Position numbers and translations under genes: made by a program
The notes under the pieces: model-generated
Told to the model about the DNA's origin: nothing
Databases searched by the model: none
Seen by the model: the letters and a program-made list of their open reading frames with translations, nothing else
Part shown: in pieces, positions 13,393 to 28,250 of the stretch
Position numbering within the stretch: position 1 is the first letter of the stretch
Layout: every line of letters begins with the position of its first letter
Assembly (NCBI RefSeq): GCF_963921235.1
Contig: NC_086097.1
Location: forward strand, 57,166,001-57,230,000
Direction of reading: 5' to 3'
Length of the DNA stretch: 64,000 bases
DNA from: Mobula hypostoma
Taxonomy: Eukaryota

Positions 13393-13529
13393 GTAATAGC
13401 AAAAGGATTATTGTAAAAAACAATGTCTGTTTAAGTTTAAAACATAATTTTGGTAGTATCAAATTACATTTTTGTGGATGGAACAAGTCCAAGAAGTATT
13501 ATTGTTTGATGGCATTGAAGTGCAGATAT

Positions 13530-15010
13530 ATAACATTAACTGTTTTTGAGTCTAGTAGTCCTGATGTGGATGCTACATAGCCTTCTCCCTAATGGGCATA
13601 GGGCAATAAGTCCATGAGCAGGGTGGATGGGATCTTTCATGATTTTACTGGGCCTTTTCTGGCACCTTTCTGTATACATGTCCTTGAAGGTGGGTAGGCT
13701 GGTACCAGTGATGTGTTGGGCAGTTTTAATTATCCATTATAGAGCCCTTTTGTCCACTGTAGTGCAGTTTCCCTACCATGCAGTGATGCGGCATGTTAGG
13801 ATACTTTCTATATTGTATGTCTGTAGAATGTTGTGATTTTGGATGTGTGTTGTCTGTCTCTCTTCAGACTCCTCAGAAAGTAGAGGCATTGGTGACTTTT
13901 CATGATTGTACCATGTGATTGTGCGAGATGTGCACTCTCAGGAGTTTTAAACTACTTGCAGTTTCCACTGCTGTGCTGCTGAAATTAAAAGAGGTATGAT
14001 TGGTATGAGTACTCCTGAAGTCAATAACCATCTCATTTGTTATGTTGACATAAAGGAAGAGGTTATTTGCTTGGCACCAGACCTTGAACTCTTCCACTTC
14101 CTCTTTGTAGTGTCTTATTTTTGTTGGTGATGAGCCCCACCACTGTTGTGTCACTGTGATTACTCAGGTGTTTGACTGTGCAGTCATGTGTGAGCAGAGT
14201 GTACAGCAGTGGGCTCAGCACGCTGCCCTGGCCGGGGTGGGGGGGCACCTATGTTGAGGATGATGGGGAAGGAAGAACAGTTGTGCATCTTGACTATCTG
14301 AGGTCTGTTGGTTAGGAAGTCCAACACCCGGTTGGACAGTGGTGTATTTAGACCAAGGAGTAGGAGTTTAAGCACCTGCTGCTGTAAATGTCTTGGATAA
14401 AGGAAAATTCACATCCAGAGATGCGCTGGGCTGACCTTGGTGAACAATGTTGAAAACCAAACTGACATCTAGAAGCAGCATTCTGAATTAAGTGTCCTTG
14501 TTTTCTCGGTGTGTTAGGACCAGGTGCATGATGGATGCTATGGCAGAGATATCTGTCATAGAGCGGTTCTGTCAGTAAGCATATTAGTGAGTGTCTAACA
14601 TGGCAGTAATGTAATTTTTGATATGTGCTATTGCTAGCTATTCAAAGCACTTCATGTTGATTGGTGTCAGTGCTACTGGATGGCAGACGTTTAGTTCTGA
14701 AGGTGGAGAGTACCTTGGTCGCTGATTTGTAGCATGTAGGGACAGCAGCTGGATGAGTGAATTGTTGAGGACGTCAGTGTGTTGGTGTACACACTCCCTG
14801 AGTACTTGGCCTGGGCGCCTTGTGGGGGTTGACTCTTTGCTGAGTCTTTCTCTTGTCTACTGCTGTTACAGAAAGTGGCTGCTCACCTGGGAGGGGTAGC
14901 TTTTGTGGACAGTGTTATGTTACAGATCTTGAAGTATGTATAAATGTTCTTTAGAGTGTTAGGGAGGGAGGTGTCACTGGTGCACTCAACACTGTTTTTC
15001 CTTGTGTAGT
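13530..15010 (-). mobile_element. Degenerate Rex1/Babar LINE fragment
   Basis: Fragments LGLNTPLSNRVLDFLTNRPQ, QGSVLSPLLYTLLTHDC, WCQANNLFLYVNITNEMVIDFR. Confidence 0.8.
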
Positions 15011-15777
15011 CAGCCAAGGTTAAGCAATGTCAATAGTCCACTGTTAATAAATCTCAGATTAATCTGGATCAAATTCTTTGTTGGGATCATCATTAGTGAA
15101 ACCATAATCAAGGTGAAATGATGGAGCAGTGCAAAAAGCTTGTAGAGCTGTAATAGAAAGTGACATGAAATTATAAATAGCTGATGAATTATACCCAGGC
15201 AACAACTCATAGTGTGCAATATTTCCGGTTTGTTTAGTTTACATAGATACGTCTCCCAATCAGTGAGTAACTTGATAAAATAAGATAGGAAAGGGAATTT
15301 TAACTCTTACAATTCAGTGCATGCTATTACCCTGTTTGTTCCAAATAGCCATGCAAATTATTTGTATTTGAAGTTATATTTGATTCCCTTTGAAAATATG
15401 TTTGGAACCTATCAATAATTCTGCTGCTGTTAATCTGCAACTTTTTATCATTAATGCTCAGTTTAGAATTACTAGGTCGATTTTTAATCCATCTCATTTT
15501 GTATGGTAACGATCGTAAGTAATGCAAGGTTGCATAGTGAACTGACTTGCTGGAGGAATGGGGCATAACCAATGATTCATCTGGAACGTTAACAGAAATT
15601 TTCTATTTTTCTCCTTTGACTGTTTGTGTACCAACACTCTCAGTCCACAAGTGCTTTTAAGGACCATTTGGCAGGATTGATTTGGCCTTTGTGGCTGAAT
15701 TAGGTGCTTGGGTTGTTGCAGGTTGACTTAATACAGATATATTTTTGTTATGTTTTGTCATGGCATTTTGGTTATTA

Positions 15778-16330
15778 AGGCATTGCTGTGTGGTGAAAAA
15801 AGCACGACAGTGCTTCTTTCACTTCAGAAGGCTGAAGAAGTTCGGCATGAGTCCCCAAGTCTGCAGGACTTTCTATAGGGGCATCATCAAGAGCATCATG
15901 ACTGGCTATGTCATCGCCTGGTACGGGAACTGTACTACCTCAATTGCAGGGCACTGCAGAGAGTGGTGCGGCCAGCCCAGCGCATCTATGGATGTGAATT
16001 TTCTTACATTCAGGACATTTACAGCAGCAGATGTGTAAAAGGGGCCCAGAGGACCATCAGTGAGCCACCCCAACCACAAACTGTTTCAGCTGCTACCGTT
16101 TGGCAAATTGTACTGCAACATTGCAGGATTAAGGCCAGGACCAACAGGCTCTTTCACCAGGCCATCAGATTTATCAATATACATTGATCTGATTGCATAT
16201 CTGACTATTCATACATGTATACAAAACAATTATATATACAATCTCCCACATTTCCCTTCTTTATTGCTTGTACGTTGCAAAAGAGACACAGCATGAAGAT
16301 TTTTACTCGCTTAGATATAAGAATAAAAGT
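15778..16330 (+). mobile_element. Rex1/Babar LINE 3' fragment
   Basis: VVKKARQCFFHFRRLKKFGMSPQVCRTFYRGIIKSIMTGYVIAWYGNC; HPNHKLFQLLP; 3'UTR similar to the 40486 copy. Confidence 0.85.
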
Positions 16331-16809
16331 AAAAAATTTTGGAAAGTAGTTTGAACTCAACTGCATTACAGCTGCATTGGAGCCACAAATGGGATCCCTT
16401 TCTTCTCTAAAAGAAATTAGTACCAAAATAAGATTCTGTAATTGTCATCATGACTGACATTTTTGCAATTGCAACTTTTTTTTGTTAACTAAATTCAAAT
16501 TTACAGCACCCAGGGAAAGATTTGAATCCATGTCACCGAATCAGGCCTCCAGATTATTAAACCTGTTACCAGCTGGCCAATACTTTCCTACCTCTTCAGC
16601 TTCTTAAAATAACTGCTTAAAAAATCCTGAGTGCTGAAGAGATCAAACCCAAAAACTCCAGTTTTTTCACTCTGAATTGTAAATTAAGAGTTCTGGTTTA
16701 AGAGGCGCTGGTGAAGCTCAACGACTACCTATTGGTGGCAAATAAATTAAAGAATACAACCAAATACTTTATTAATAACCTTTTTTTTGGTAAACAATCA
16801 CCACAAACC

Positions 16810-17475
16810 ATGTAGAGGCAGAGTTGAGGTGAGCAGAGGGGAGGCAGAGATGAGGTGAGCGAGTGTGAAACAGAATTGAGGCAAGGTCGAGGCTGAATTG
16901 AGATGACCAGAGGTGAGGCAGAGTCAAGGTGAGCGAAGAGGAAGCCATCCACTAAAACAGAGAGTAAAGAAAGACCTGAGGTTTGATCAATTTAAGCTGT
17001 AGGCTGATTTGGAAAGGTCAAGTACGGGCTGAAATGTGGCAACGAGGTCCAGGTCCAGAGTGTATTGATGCAACAGGCCCCAGGTTCTACAGCAAGGAAC
17101 GATCTGATGATTGGTCGATTTAAATGCCAGGCCAGATTGAAAAGGTAGAGTGTCGGGACCGGAGGCAAGGATTGGGCCGGTAGTGTTCGCTGCTCTGCAA
17201 CATTTGCTTGGCTCTGTGCTGAAGTGAGGCTGTGGCTTGCTCCAGTTGCAGAGATGCCTAGCTTCTGTTTGTAGACTCACTTTCATTCTGAATGATGCTA
17301 TTTACTTACTTTCATTTGTACATTTATTTTTTCTCTCTCTCTGCATTGGTTGTTTGACCATCTATTTTTTAGTGGGTTCTATTGTGTTTCTTTATGTTTG
17401 CCTGTAAGGAGACGAATCTCAAGGTTGTATAATATATACATAATTTGATAATAAATGTAATTTGAACTTAAACTT
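16810..17475 (+). repeat. Unclassified retroposon remnant with an AATAAA...TTTGAACTT 3' end
   Basis: The 3' ~200 bp (GACTCACTTTCA...AATAAATGTAATTTGAACTT) resembles 51585-51848 and 57390-57595. Confidence 0.5.
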
Positions 17476-17974
17476 GTGCTGTTTAACTAGCATTGCTTTC
17501 AATTACTGTTAAATTTCCTCAACCTAAACATCAGAAAGGTCAAAACTATTGTCTTTGGTTTCTGCAATGTGTTCTAAATTATCTATGGCTTTTTCTTATC
17601 TGAAACTAGCTTGTCAATCTTAGTAACATGTTCAATCCAAAATATAGTTACAGATTTTACAATAAGTCCTTTTATGCAACAGCATGCTTTTTCATTTCTC
17701 ATCTTTTCCTACCACTATTCTTAATAACAGTTAACTTATACTAATCTCCAGTGCACAGCATATTAAAATTAAAAGTTGTTAATTTGTTTAAATCCTTCGA
17801 AGACCTTGTTTCTTCATCTTTGTAATTTCATATAGGAGACAATGACCCCAGCTTGGACTCTGCCATTATGACTCTGATCTCTTGTGTGTTCCAATTTTTT
17901 TTCGTGCAATTTCCTTTCCATTGGTAGCCATAATTTCAGACATCCCAAACTTGGAAATTTTGTTGAACTTCTTG

Positions 17975-19805
17975 GTGACCACCTTTGATTTTGGCCAACA
18001 ACAGTGGTCTTGTTAGCAAACTTAAATATGACATTGGAACAGTTATAAGTACAAAGTGAGTAGAGTAGGGAGCTGAGCACACAGCCTCATGGAGCACCTT
18101 TACTGATGGAGATTATAGAAGAGATGTTGTTGCCAATCCAAATTGACTGAGGTCTACAAGTGAGGAAATCAAGGATCCAGTTGCAAAAGGAGGTATTGAG
18201 GACAAGGTCTTGAAGTGTGTTGATTAGCTTTGAGGGGATGATGGTGTTGTATGCTGAGCTGTAATCGATAAAGAACATCCTGATTTATGCATCTTTACTG
18301 TCCAGATATTACAGGGTTGTGTGAGGGGCTAATGGAATGGCATTTGCCATGGACCTGTTGTGCTTGTAGGCAAATTGGAGTGGATCCAAGTTGCTTCTCA
18401 GGCAGGAGTTGATGTGTTTCATTAACAAACTCTGAAAGCACTTCATCACAGAGGATGTAAGTGCTATTGAATGATAGTCATTGAGACAGGTTACCACTTC
18501 TTAGGCACAGGTATAATTGAAGCCTCCATGAAGTAGGTCGGTACCCAGGTATCCCATCTTGGCTGGACGCTTTCCATGTGTTCACCCTCCTGAAGGATGC
18601 TATCACATCAGCTTCAGAGACTGAAATCACAGGCTCAGTGGAGGCTGTGGGAGTTCATGAAGGTTCTTCCATGTTTTGGTGGTCAAAGCAAGCTTAGAAG
18701 CTTATCTGGAAGTGAAGTCTTGTTGACACCTAAGTTGCTTGGTTTCACTTTGTAGGAGTAATAGCATTTAAGCCCTGTCACAACTGTCAAGCTGACTTTC
18801 CAGAGATTGTACCTGGACCTCTTGTATCTTACTTGGTCACCAGACCTGAATGCCACTGATGTGATCCTCAGCAGATTGGAGATCACATGGTTCATCCAGG
18901 GCTTCTGGTTGGGGAAGATTCTGAATGATTTTGTGGAGAATACTCGTCTATGACTGTATTTATAATGTCTATGACTACCATGGTCTATTCATTCAGATAC
19001 TTTGATCAGTCCTTGAACACGACACAGTCTGCCAACTTGAAGCAATCCCATAGCCACTCCTCTGCCTCCTGCGACCACCTCTTCAATGTCCGTGCCTCTG
19101 GAGCCTTGCTGTTTAGCCTCTGCCAGTATGCAGGTTGGAGAAGGACAGCCAAGTGATCAGATTTCCTGAAATACAGTCTGGGCATGGAGTGGTAGGCATT
19201 CCCTATTGTAGTATAGCAATGGTCTAGTGTGTTAGGGTCCCTGGTGCTGCAGGTTATATGTGATAGTAATTGAGGGATTTCTTCAGACAAGCGTGATTGA
19301 AGTCCCAGAATATGATTTGAAATGCTTTGGTGGACTGCTTCTTGTTTGGTGATGACAGCAGTCAATATCTCTTTTGGCAGTATGTAAACTGTGATCAGGT
19401 TCATAGTGGAGAACACTCTTGGAAAGTAGAAAGGTTGGCACTTTATGTTCCAGGTCAAGGGTACAAAAGTATGACAAAATCGCCACATCCGAGTACCACG
19501 GACAGTTTATCATGAAACACAGAGCCCACATTTTGCCTTCTCCAAATCATCAGTTCGGTTCACCTTGTGTATCGAGAAATTCTGAGGTCTGGTCACCAAA
19601 TCTGGGTGAGCCATGTCTCCGGTAAAAACAGAACATAGCAATTCCTTATTTCCCTCCAATACAGCAATCTTGCTCTTAGGTTCTCAATCTTGTTCTCAGT
19701 GACTGTACGTTTGATAACAAGATGCTGGGTAGGGAGGGTCTCATCCCTCTGTGTTTCCACCTGGCTTGGAGCCCTCCCCTTCTCCCTCTCTTATGGTCAT
19801 AGCAA
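17975..19805 (-). mobile_element. Rex1/Babar LINE, endonuclease to RT, degenerate
   Basis: LPSILLSNVQSL (N-terminus), [60 protein letters not shown]. Confidence 0.88.
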
Positions 19806-19821
19806 AGTACCTTTTTTCTCT

Positions 19822-20290
19822 CAAGGGCCTTACTGAAGTCCATGTAGACAACATATACTGACCTCCTCAAAAAGCTGAATGAAGTTCATTGTTTGATAGA
19901 CAAGATCTGCACCACATAAACTATGCTGACTATAGCTAATAGGCCCATGTTTTTAAAAACGTGAGTACATCCTTTCCCTATGAATTCTTTCAAATAGCTT
20001 CCCTACCACTGACGTCAGGCCCATTGGCTTATAATTTCCTTACTTATTTGTATTTTCTTTAGACATTGGCTACTCTCTAGTACCCTGGGTCCTCGCCTGT
20101 GGCTGGATCGGATACAGAGATCTTTGTCAAGGACCCAGCATTCTCCTCTCTTGCCTCTCATTACCATGAGGTAGATCCCATTAGACCCTTGGGATTTGTC
20201 CATCTTGATGTTCTTCAGTAGGCTGAACACCATTTCCTTCTTGATCTCAACATGTCCTAGATTATTAGCACAGCCCACACACTGATCTCA
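19822..20290 (-). mobile_element. CR1 ORF2 fragment
   Basis: HVEIKKEMVFSLLKNIKMDKSQGSNGIY; VVYMDFSKAL. Confidence 0.75.
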
Positions 20291-20726
20291 CAATCCCCCA
20301 TGTTGTTTTATTTCATGTCAGCTGCTTGTCCAGTCCATCACAGGAAGGAATTTGCATCAAAAAATTTGCAAATGTTTGCTGACATACAAATATCCACAAA
20401 CTCCTAACGAAGCAGAGCTCCCGTTGTTCCTTTCTCGTGATTGCATTGATAGACCCTCTGAGATGTTGACATCCAAAGATTTGAAGCTACTCATTTTTCC
20501 ACAGCTGACTCTTGAATGACCATCAATAGTGACCTAAGTACAAAGTATATACAATAATCTTTCAGTTCTTTTTGTTTCATGTTTTGTTCTTGGATTAATT
20601 AGTGTTTGTTTGGTTTTTGCCACCTCTTATGATCCACGTTGAAACCTTTAGATGAGATTTCTGTCGATCTTGTTTTCACCAATCCAATCTTGTGTAAAGA
20701 TCTTTTGTAGTTTAACTGAAGTGATT

Positions 20727-22880
20727 ATAAGACCATAAGACAAAGGAGCAGAAGTAGGCCATTCGGCCCATTGAGTCTATTCCGCCATTTTATCATGAGC
20801 TGATCCATTCTCCTATTTAGTCTCACTCCCCCGCCTTCTCACTATAACCTTTGATGCCCTGGCTACTCAAATACCTATCAATCTCTGCCTTAAATACACC
20901 CAATGACTTGGCCTCCACTGCTGCCCGTGGCAACAAATTCCATAGATTCACCACCCTCTGACTAAAAAAATTTCTTCGCGTTTCTGTTCTGAAAGGGCGC
21001 CCTTCAATCCTAAGTTATGCCCTCTCGTACTAGACTCCCCCATCATGGGAAACAACTTTGCCACGTCCACTCTGTCCATGCCTTTTAACATTCGAAATGT
21101 TTCTATGAGGTCCCCTCATTCTTCTAAACTCCAAGGAATACAGTCCAAGAGCGGACAAACGTTCCTCATATGTTAACCCTCTCATTCCTGGAATCATTCT
21201 AGTGAATCTTCTCTGTACCCTCTCCAATGTCAGCACATCCTTTCTTAAATAAGGAGACCAAAACTGCCCACAGTACTCCAAGTGAGGTCTCACCAGCACC
21301 TTATAGAGCCTCAACATCACATCCCTGCTCCTATACTCTATTCCTCGAGAAATGAATGCCAACATTGCATTTGCCTTCTTCACTACTGACTCAACCTGGG
21401 GGTTAACTTTAAGGGTATCCTGTACGAGGACTCCCAAGTCCCGTTGCATCTCAGAACTTTGAATTCTTTCTCCATTTAAATAATAGTCTGCCCATTTGTT
21501 TTTTCTGCCAAAGTGCATAACCATACACTTTCCAACATTGTACTTCATTTGCCACTTCTCTGCCCATTCTTCCAATCTATCCAAGTCTCTCTGCAGACTC
21601 TCCGTTTCCTCAGCACTACCAGCCCCTCCACCTATCTTCGTATTGTCAGCAAACTTAGCCACAAAGCCATCTATTCCATAATCTAAATCGTTGATGTACA
21701 ATGTAAAAAGAAGCGGCCCCAACACTGATCCCTGTGGAACACCACTGGTAACCGGCAGCCAACCAGAATAGGATCCCTTTATTCCCACTCTCTGTTTCCT
21801 GCTAATCAGCCAACGCTCTATCCACGTATGTAACTTTCCCGTAATTCCATGGGCTGTTATCTTGTTAAGTAGCCTCATGTGTGGCACCTTGTCAAAGGCC
21901 TTTTGAAAATCCAAATATACAATATCCACTGCATCTCCCTTGTCTAGCCTACTGGTAATTTCCTCAAAAAATTGTAATAGTTTTGTCAGGCAGGATTTTC
22001 CTTTAAGGAATCCATGCTAAGTTCTGCCTATCTTGTCATATGCTTCCAGGTACTCTGTAACCTCATCCTTGACAATCAACTCCAACAACATCCCAACCAC
22101 CGATGTCAAGCTAACAGGTTTATAATTTCCGTTTTGCTTCCTTGCCCCCTTCTTAAATAGCGGAGTGACATTTGCAATCTTTCAGTCCTCCGGAACCATG
22201 CCAGAATCTATCGACTTTTGAAAGATCATCGCTAATGCCTCTGCAATCTCCACAGCTACTTCCTTCAGAACATGAGGGTGTATTCCATCTGGTCCGGGAG
22301 ATTTATCTACCTTTAGCCTATTCAGCTTCCTGAGTACTTTCTCTGTCATAATTGTGACTGAGCACACTTCTCTTCCCTGCCACCCTTGAGTGTCCGGTAT
22401 ACTGCTGATGTCTTCCTCAGTGAAGACTGATGCAAAATACTCGTTCAGTTCCTCTGCCATCTCCTTATCTCCCATTACAATTTCTCCAGCATCATTTTCT
22501 ATCGGTCCTATATCTACTCTCATCTGTCTTTTACTCTTTATATACTTGAAAAAGCTTTTAGTATCCTCTTTGATATTATTTGCTAGCTTCCTTTCATAGT
22601 TAATCTTTTCTCTCTTAATGACCTTCTTAGTTTCCTTTTGTAAGGTTTTAAAAACTTCCCAATCCTCTGTCTTCCCACTAATTTTTGCTTCCTTGTATGC
22701 CCTCTCCTTTGCTTTAACTTTGGCTGTGACTTCTCTTGTCAACCATGGTTGCATCTTTTTTCCACTTGAAAATTTCTTCTTTTTTGGAATATACCTGTCT
22801 TGCACATTCCTCATTTCTCGCATAAACTCCAGCCACTGCTGCTCTGCTGTCTTTCCCGCCAGTGTCCCTTTCCAGTCAAT
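20727..22880 (-). mobile_element. CR1 LINE, 5'-truncated
   Basis: ORF2 pieces 22182..22823 and 21030..21929 ([38 protein letters not shown]); 3' tail TCTTATGGTCTTAT at ~20727-20740. Confidence 0.93.
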
Positions 22881-25800
22881 CTTGTCTGTTCTATATGTAA
22901 ATCACACTGTTAGTTAATGCACATTTAAGATCATTTGTGTATTATGCAACAAAGAGCCAATGACATTTTCTGTTCTCAAGAGAAGCAGAAGTATTTATTT
23001 CAATTATTCTGAAGTCTGCAGGCTGGAGAGAGGCCCATTTACCTTACTAGGTGTAGACCATACAATTTTCCCAATTGCACAAAAGATTAAATTACATATT
23101 AAGCAGATCATACACTGTCTTCGACTAAAGTATAGGCATACAGTTACTGGCACAGAGCTAGTCAGGTACAGATGCGCTTCTGATCAGTTTTACCTTTCTT
23201 CATTAACCCTCCATGGTAAGTCTCCTGAAAGTCCTCCAATTGTGGTCATATGAGGCGGCCTCCATTACTTAAGTATGTTACTGATTACATGGTACCATAC
23301 CTGTTATTTTCCTTTGTATCAACACACACACTGCTGAATCTTGTACCTCCCAATAGTTGTTAGAATGTCTCTAGCAAAGGACATTACATGTTATTTGTCT
23401 TTTTGTTGTTTTTCCTATTGTATTATATGGACTCAACTCATGCCTATGGTTTTGGTTGAGATAGAGGTATCATTTGTTGTATTTGGTGTTTTATAACATT
23501 ATCCTCGAGAGTTGCTTTTCCACCTTTTCAGTGAGCTAGTGATGCCACAGGTGAATTATTCCTTAGCCATGGAGATGGCCCTGGTTGTTGCACTTATGCC
23601 TTTCACTGTGATCTTGTGTAGAGTATGGTACCTTGGGCTTACTAGTCCGGTACAGATTGATGTTACTGTTATTACTTAGGATTGTCATGGACGGTATGTA
23701 TTTGGCACTGTAAATATGTTGCTTTTGTTTTTTCAAATCTGCTACTGCAGAAGTTTTAAATAGTAAATCAAAGTCTTCTTGAACAGATAAATTAATATCC
23801 ATCTTTATGCTCAATCTTTCTTTAATTTCCCCCAACGTCTATCCCTGTCCCACTGGTATTTTCTAATTTCCCTCTTCAGTCCCCCATTTCTCACTTGTCA
23901 TTTATATTTTTAAACAGAAATAGGAATATTAAAGTGGGAATTGATTGATTGAACAGTACATATTGTACTGTCATTAGAGACTGCCACTTGGGAAACCATT
24001 CTATTAGATAATGAGCTGTGGCTGATGTTCAGTAAAAATCTCCAGCGCATTGTGCCTGGGAAGTTAATTGCTGCAATGACAAATAGTTATATACAATGAA
24101 ACACTCTAAACTGTCGCCATCCTTCTGATTTTTGGCATTATACAAAGATTGGATTCACAAATTCTCATTGCTATTTATATAACCTGTGACCACCTATCTG
24201 ACAGAAACAAGTTCATCAAAAATTCTGCATCCCTTCTTCTAATTTGCAAAAAGTCTTGTTCTAAGTAAAAAACTGTGATCACTGACTTAAATCAGCAAAT
24301 CAGCCCTACTTTGGCAACATTTCAATTTAAAAGTTGTCAAATTTGTTTCATATTTCTCCATGGCCTTACCTCTTCATTGCCCTATATTCTTCTCCAGTTT
24401 ACAATCCTTTGACTTGCTCCTTTAGTTGTGGTCTCTTGCTGATCTCCTGTTTTTAGTGGCTCCAACACTGGTAATCAAGCCTTCTGTAGTCAAAACCTCC
24501 TCACTAGAATATCCTTCCCTAATCTCTCATTTAGGTCATATTCCTTAATATCTAGTTCGGCATTAATGTTGTTTAATTATGCTCCTACAAAATACCTCAG
24601 GATAAGTTCACAATATAAAGGGCACTATGCAGACTGTTGTCAACATTCAGATCTAATACACCAGCCATCTATCACAGTATCACAGTGTGCTTACGGATAT
24701 ATAACTTGAAGTCATTTATTATAATCCCTCCATTTTAAGACATTTCATTATAATTGCATTCTGATTTAGCAAGGCAAATGAGGGAGTTCCAAAATCATGG
24801 TTAATGACAACTATGTACTCTCCCACCACATACTGATGTGTGTGCTAATTCACACCATATATTCGCATATCATTTCTATTCCTTCAAACATTCTTTTGGA
24901 AATGATGCTTGACAGGAGAAACAGACTTAATGCTTCCCTGGATGGGGTGTGGAACTATTGGTTATGCTTTCAAAATAAATTGTTAGTAATCCAAGATAGA
25001 TTAGCATGAGCTTCACCATCTAAAGGGAAAGGACTCTCCAGAATTCTTCATCCAAGTGAACCGTGGAGGCTCAGATGCTCTGTATGTTTTTAGTTATTAA
25101 ATAGATTGAGGAATATAGAAGCAGTTCTGTATGCAGGTATTCAGGTATTCCATGGCAGAGCAAGCACAAAGGACTGAATGACCTATACTGCTGTTTCTTA
25201 CGTTCTTTCATCAGAGTTGTTGCATAGTGAACAACTGGAGTTCTGACCCATGTAATAGGCTTCCATATTGAAGATGATTCCATCTTTGATAAAGTAAACT
25301 ATTATATTTAAATGTAGCAATAATTTTCATCAAAGTCATGATTTGTCTTGTGGCTTACAGCAGATTTTGTTTGTTTGATGAGTCCTGTGTTCTGTTATCT
25401 GTTACTACTAGAAACATCCCTTGTGCGTTATATAACATGTAAGACCATATTTTGTGAAAACATTTAAGACTACTGGCAGTCACTGTTGTAGAATAATATG
25501 CACGATCAAATACAGAAATCAGGAAACTGTTATCTCATTTGGTCTTTGTTGCTACAAGCGTTGCTCCAGCAATATTTCATTGAGAAATCTAACAACACAT
25601 AAAAGATCAAGCTGAGATGTAATTGCTCTTCAAGTTCTCTCCAAACAGGTCAGCACAAATTTATCTGTCCAAAATCCGTCTGTGCAAATTGTAAATGGTT
25701 TGATAAGTTACTTCTACAAATAACTGACCCGCACTGAAAATGAATTTTTATAAGTGTTGAATTTCATTGCTTCATATTTCCTTTAATCCTATATTGCTAA

Positions 25801-26742
25801 TTATTTTGCTTCCCATGCAAGATTTTAAATTATAGTAGATATTCCACTTTACTTTTCCTGGTTCAGACTGTGCTTGTTTCAGGTGCTGCAGAAAGTTGGA
25901 GACATTTCATAATTTGAATGCCCAGAAAGTCAAATTACTAAATTAATAATGGGATCTTGCTGAAATAGATCTTATGAATTACCAAAAATCTTGTAATTAG
26001 TATAAGAGGCTGGTCAAAAGGCTATAGAAACTGCTTGGGCAACTGTAAGTGAAATGAAAATTCAGCATAAGCTAATATTTTTTCTATTATTGCAGTGAAA
26101 TAGCGTTTCCTACACTCTGTTTATTTTAATAGCACCTCACCATTTTAATTGATTATGACATTCAATGGCTTGCTAATCACCCCACCAAAATTCATTAATT
26201 CCTCCTTTAATGTTCTAAATGCCTATGGAGGTAATCTCATTTTCTTCTATCTTCAGTGCTCTTGTGCATTATCAATCCAAAACCAGATGATATATACTGA
26301 ACAGAATTTTTGTTGTGTCATTGCCTTGTAAAAAAGCATGTCGTCTTGTATTTTCAGTAATTGTTAGTCTTTTTAGCTCAGATGATAGGTCTCTTGACAT
26401 TACATCAGAAGCTCAGAGCATTCTGAGCCCTTTTCACCACCTTTTCCTCCACTTGTCATTATGAAGAACTGGTTTGTTGTTGGAAAAGCCTTTCTATGTG
26501 ATGAAAAGTTCTTTGATTTTTTTTGATTGGATCTATGCCACTATAGAGTTTGTTGGTTGCTATGCTTATCTGCCCACAGTATTTAATTGGTTGAAATGCA
26601 GACTGGTGTGTTGTTAGGTCATGATTATTTTATTTAGTTTTCCAAAAATAGTACTATAATATTAATTTGACAATTGAAATATGTTTGTGTATGTTTACAG
26701 GGTGGAAATGAGGGATAAGATATGATTCAAGAGGTATGGAGA

Positions 26743-26927
26743 CGAGAGACTACAGATGCTGGAAATCTGGAGCAACACACAAAATACTGGAGCAACTCAG
26801 CAGATCAGACAACATCTATGAAGGGAAATAAACAGTTGATGTTTCAAGCTGAGGCCCTCTATCAGGAAGGGTTTCATTCCCTCCCTAGATGCTGCCTGAC
26901 CTCCTGAATTCCTCTAGCACTTTGTAT
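26743..26927. mobile_element. Degenerate Penelope-like terminal-repeat hairpin
   Basis: CAGATGCTGGAAATCTGGAGCAACACACAAAATACTGG... with a decayed inverted arm and a decayed hammerhead core at ~26832-26866 (-). Confidence 0.65.
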
Positions 26928-27906
26928 GAGTTATATCTACTAATGGCGTGCTTTGTTTTATTTATAGTTAATAGCCTGGAGATTACTGAGTTAATAGAGA
27001 TCCTGTTTTTACGTCTTATGACTTCCTCATTAATGAGAGCAGTCACTGAATATTGTATAATCAAAGTTGGAAATGAATCTTTTACTTTCCAATATAGAGC
27101 TTCTGGAGATTTTTTAAGCAAATGGCCTAACTTCTAACTGCAGTATCGTTGTAGAGAATTTGATCACCCATATACAGAATGACGGTTTGATGTATTGCAC
27201 TGGTTTGCTAATTGCCATTCTGAGTTTCCTTCATATTGGAAGGAGCTATGAACACAATGTGAAAAAGTGAATTGATATTTTTTCTGTAGTTTTTTTATGT
27301 GTGAACAATTCATTCAGATTCTTTGTACATGTACAGTTTGTTATTTGTATACTAATTTATTAATTTCACTCACTTATTATTAAACAGGAGTTCTTCAAAC
27401 TGTTCACTTCAAATCCAATCCCTTTCAGACCTTACAATTAACTGTGTTCTTAAGAGTACCAGCTCCAAATTTAGTAAGTAAATATAAAAGACATTGCCTC
27501 TTAATATATAAACTGTTTTTAGAGACCATGGTGACACAGTGAGATTTTGGCATGTCACCATGTAGCTGCCTGCATGAAAGGTAATGTCTATATTTGCATA
27601 AACTATTTGAATGCAAAATCTTCAAACTGAATAAAATCAGCATAAAGCAGTTATTTTGCATGCTCCCTTTTAAAAGAAATGGTAACTTTATTTAGGGTAT
27701 TTGTGATTTTTTAAAAAAATATATATTTCTACAGTTGCTTATTCATGTTTTTACTTGCAAAGACTGCAAGAGAAATTTAAGTCTCCTGGTTGTGGTATAT
27801 TCACCAGTGCATATTACATGTCTGTACAGAGGTGTACCTGTTTACTCCCTTCCAAAAGCAAAGGGTTGAATTTGTAATTAAACTGAGGATGCATACTTCG
27901 CTGACT

Positions 27907-28250
27907 GATGATCACTTTTTGGATACATATATCTTGTTCCCAGGCAGTTCTGATTTTATTGAAAGGGGCACGCCTCAAAATCACTAACTTATCCCGAATA
28001 GCAGATATTAAACCTTTACCCAGTGGATTGATACAAAGAAACAAGTCCAGAACATTTTTCTCAGGCATCTCAGGAAAGTTTGATATCAAAGGGTTAATGA
28101 AATGTCTAATTTGAAGATATCTAAAGAAATGAATATTAGGTAGATTAAACTTTACAGACAATTGTTGAAAAGTTGCAAAACGATTATCTATGGATCTTCA
28201 AAGCGCCTAATACCCTTTCTATGCCAATCGTAAAATGTTGAACCCTGCAA
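27907..28250 (-). mobile_element. L1 ORF2 C-terminal fragment
   Basis: KFNLPNIHFFRYLQIRHFI...KIRTAWEQD, homologous to the FYRYLQ...KTKWEK region of the L1 at 3303-8875. Confidence 0.75.
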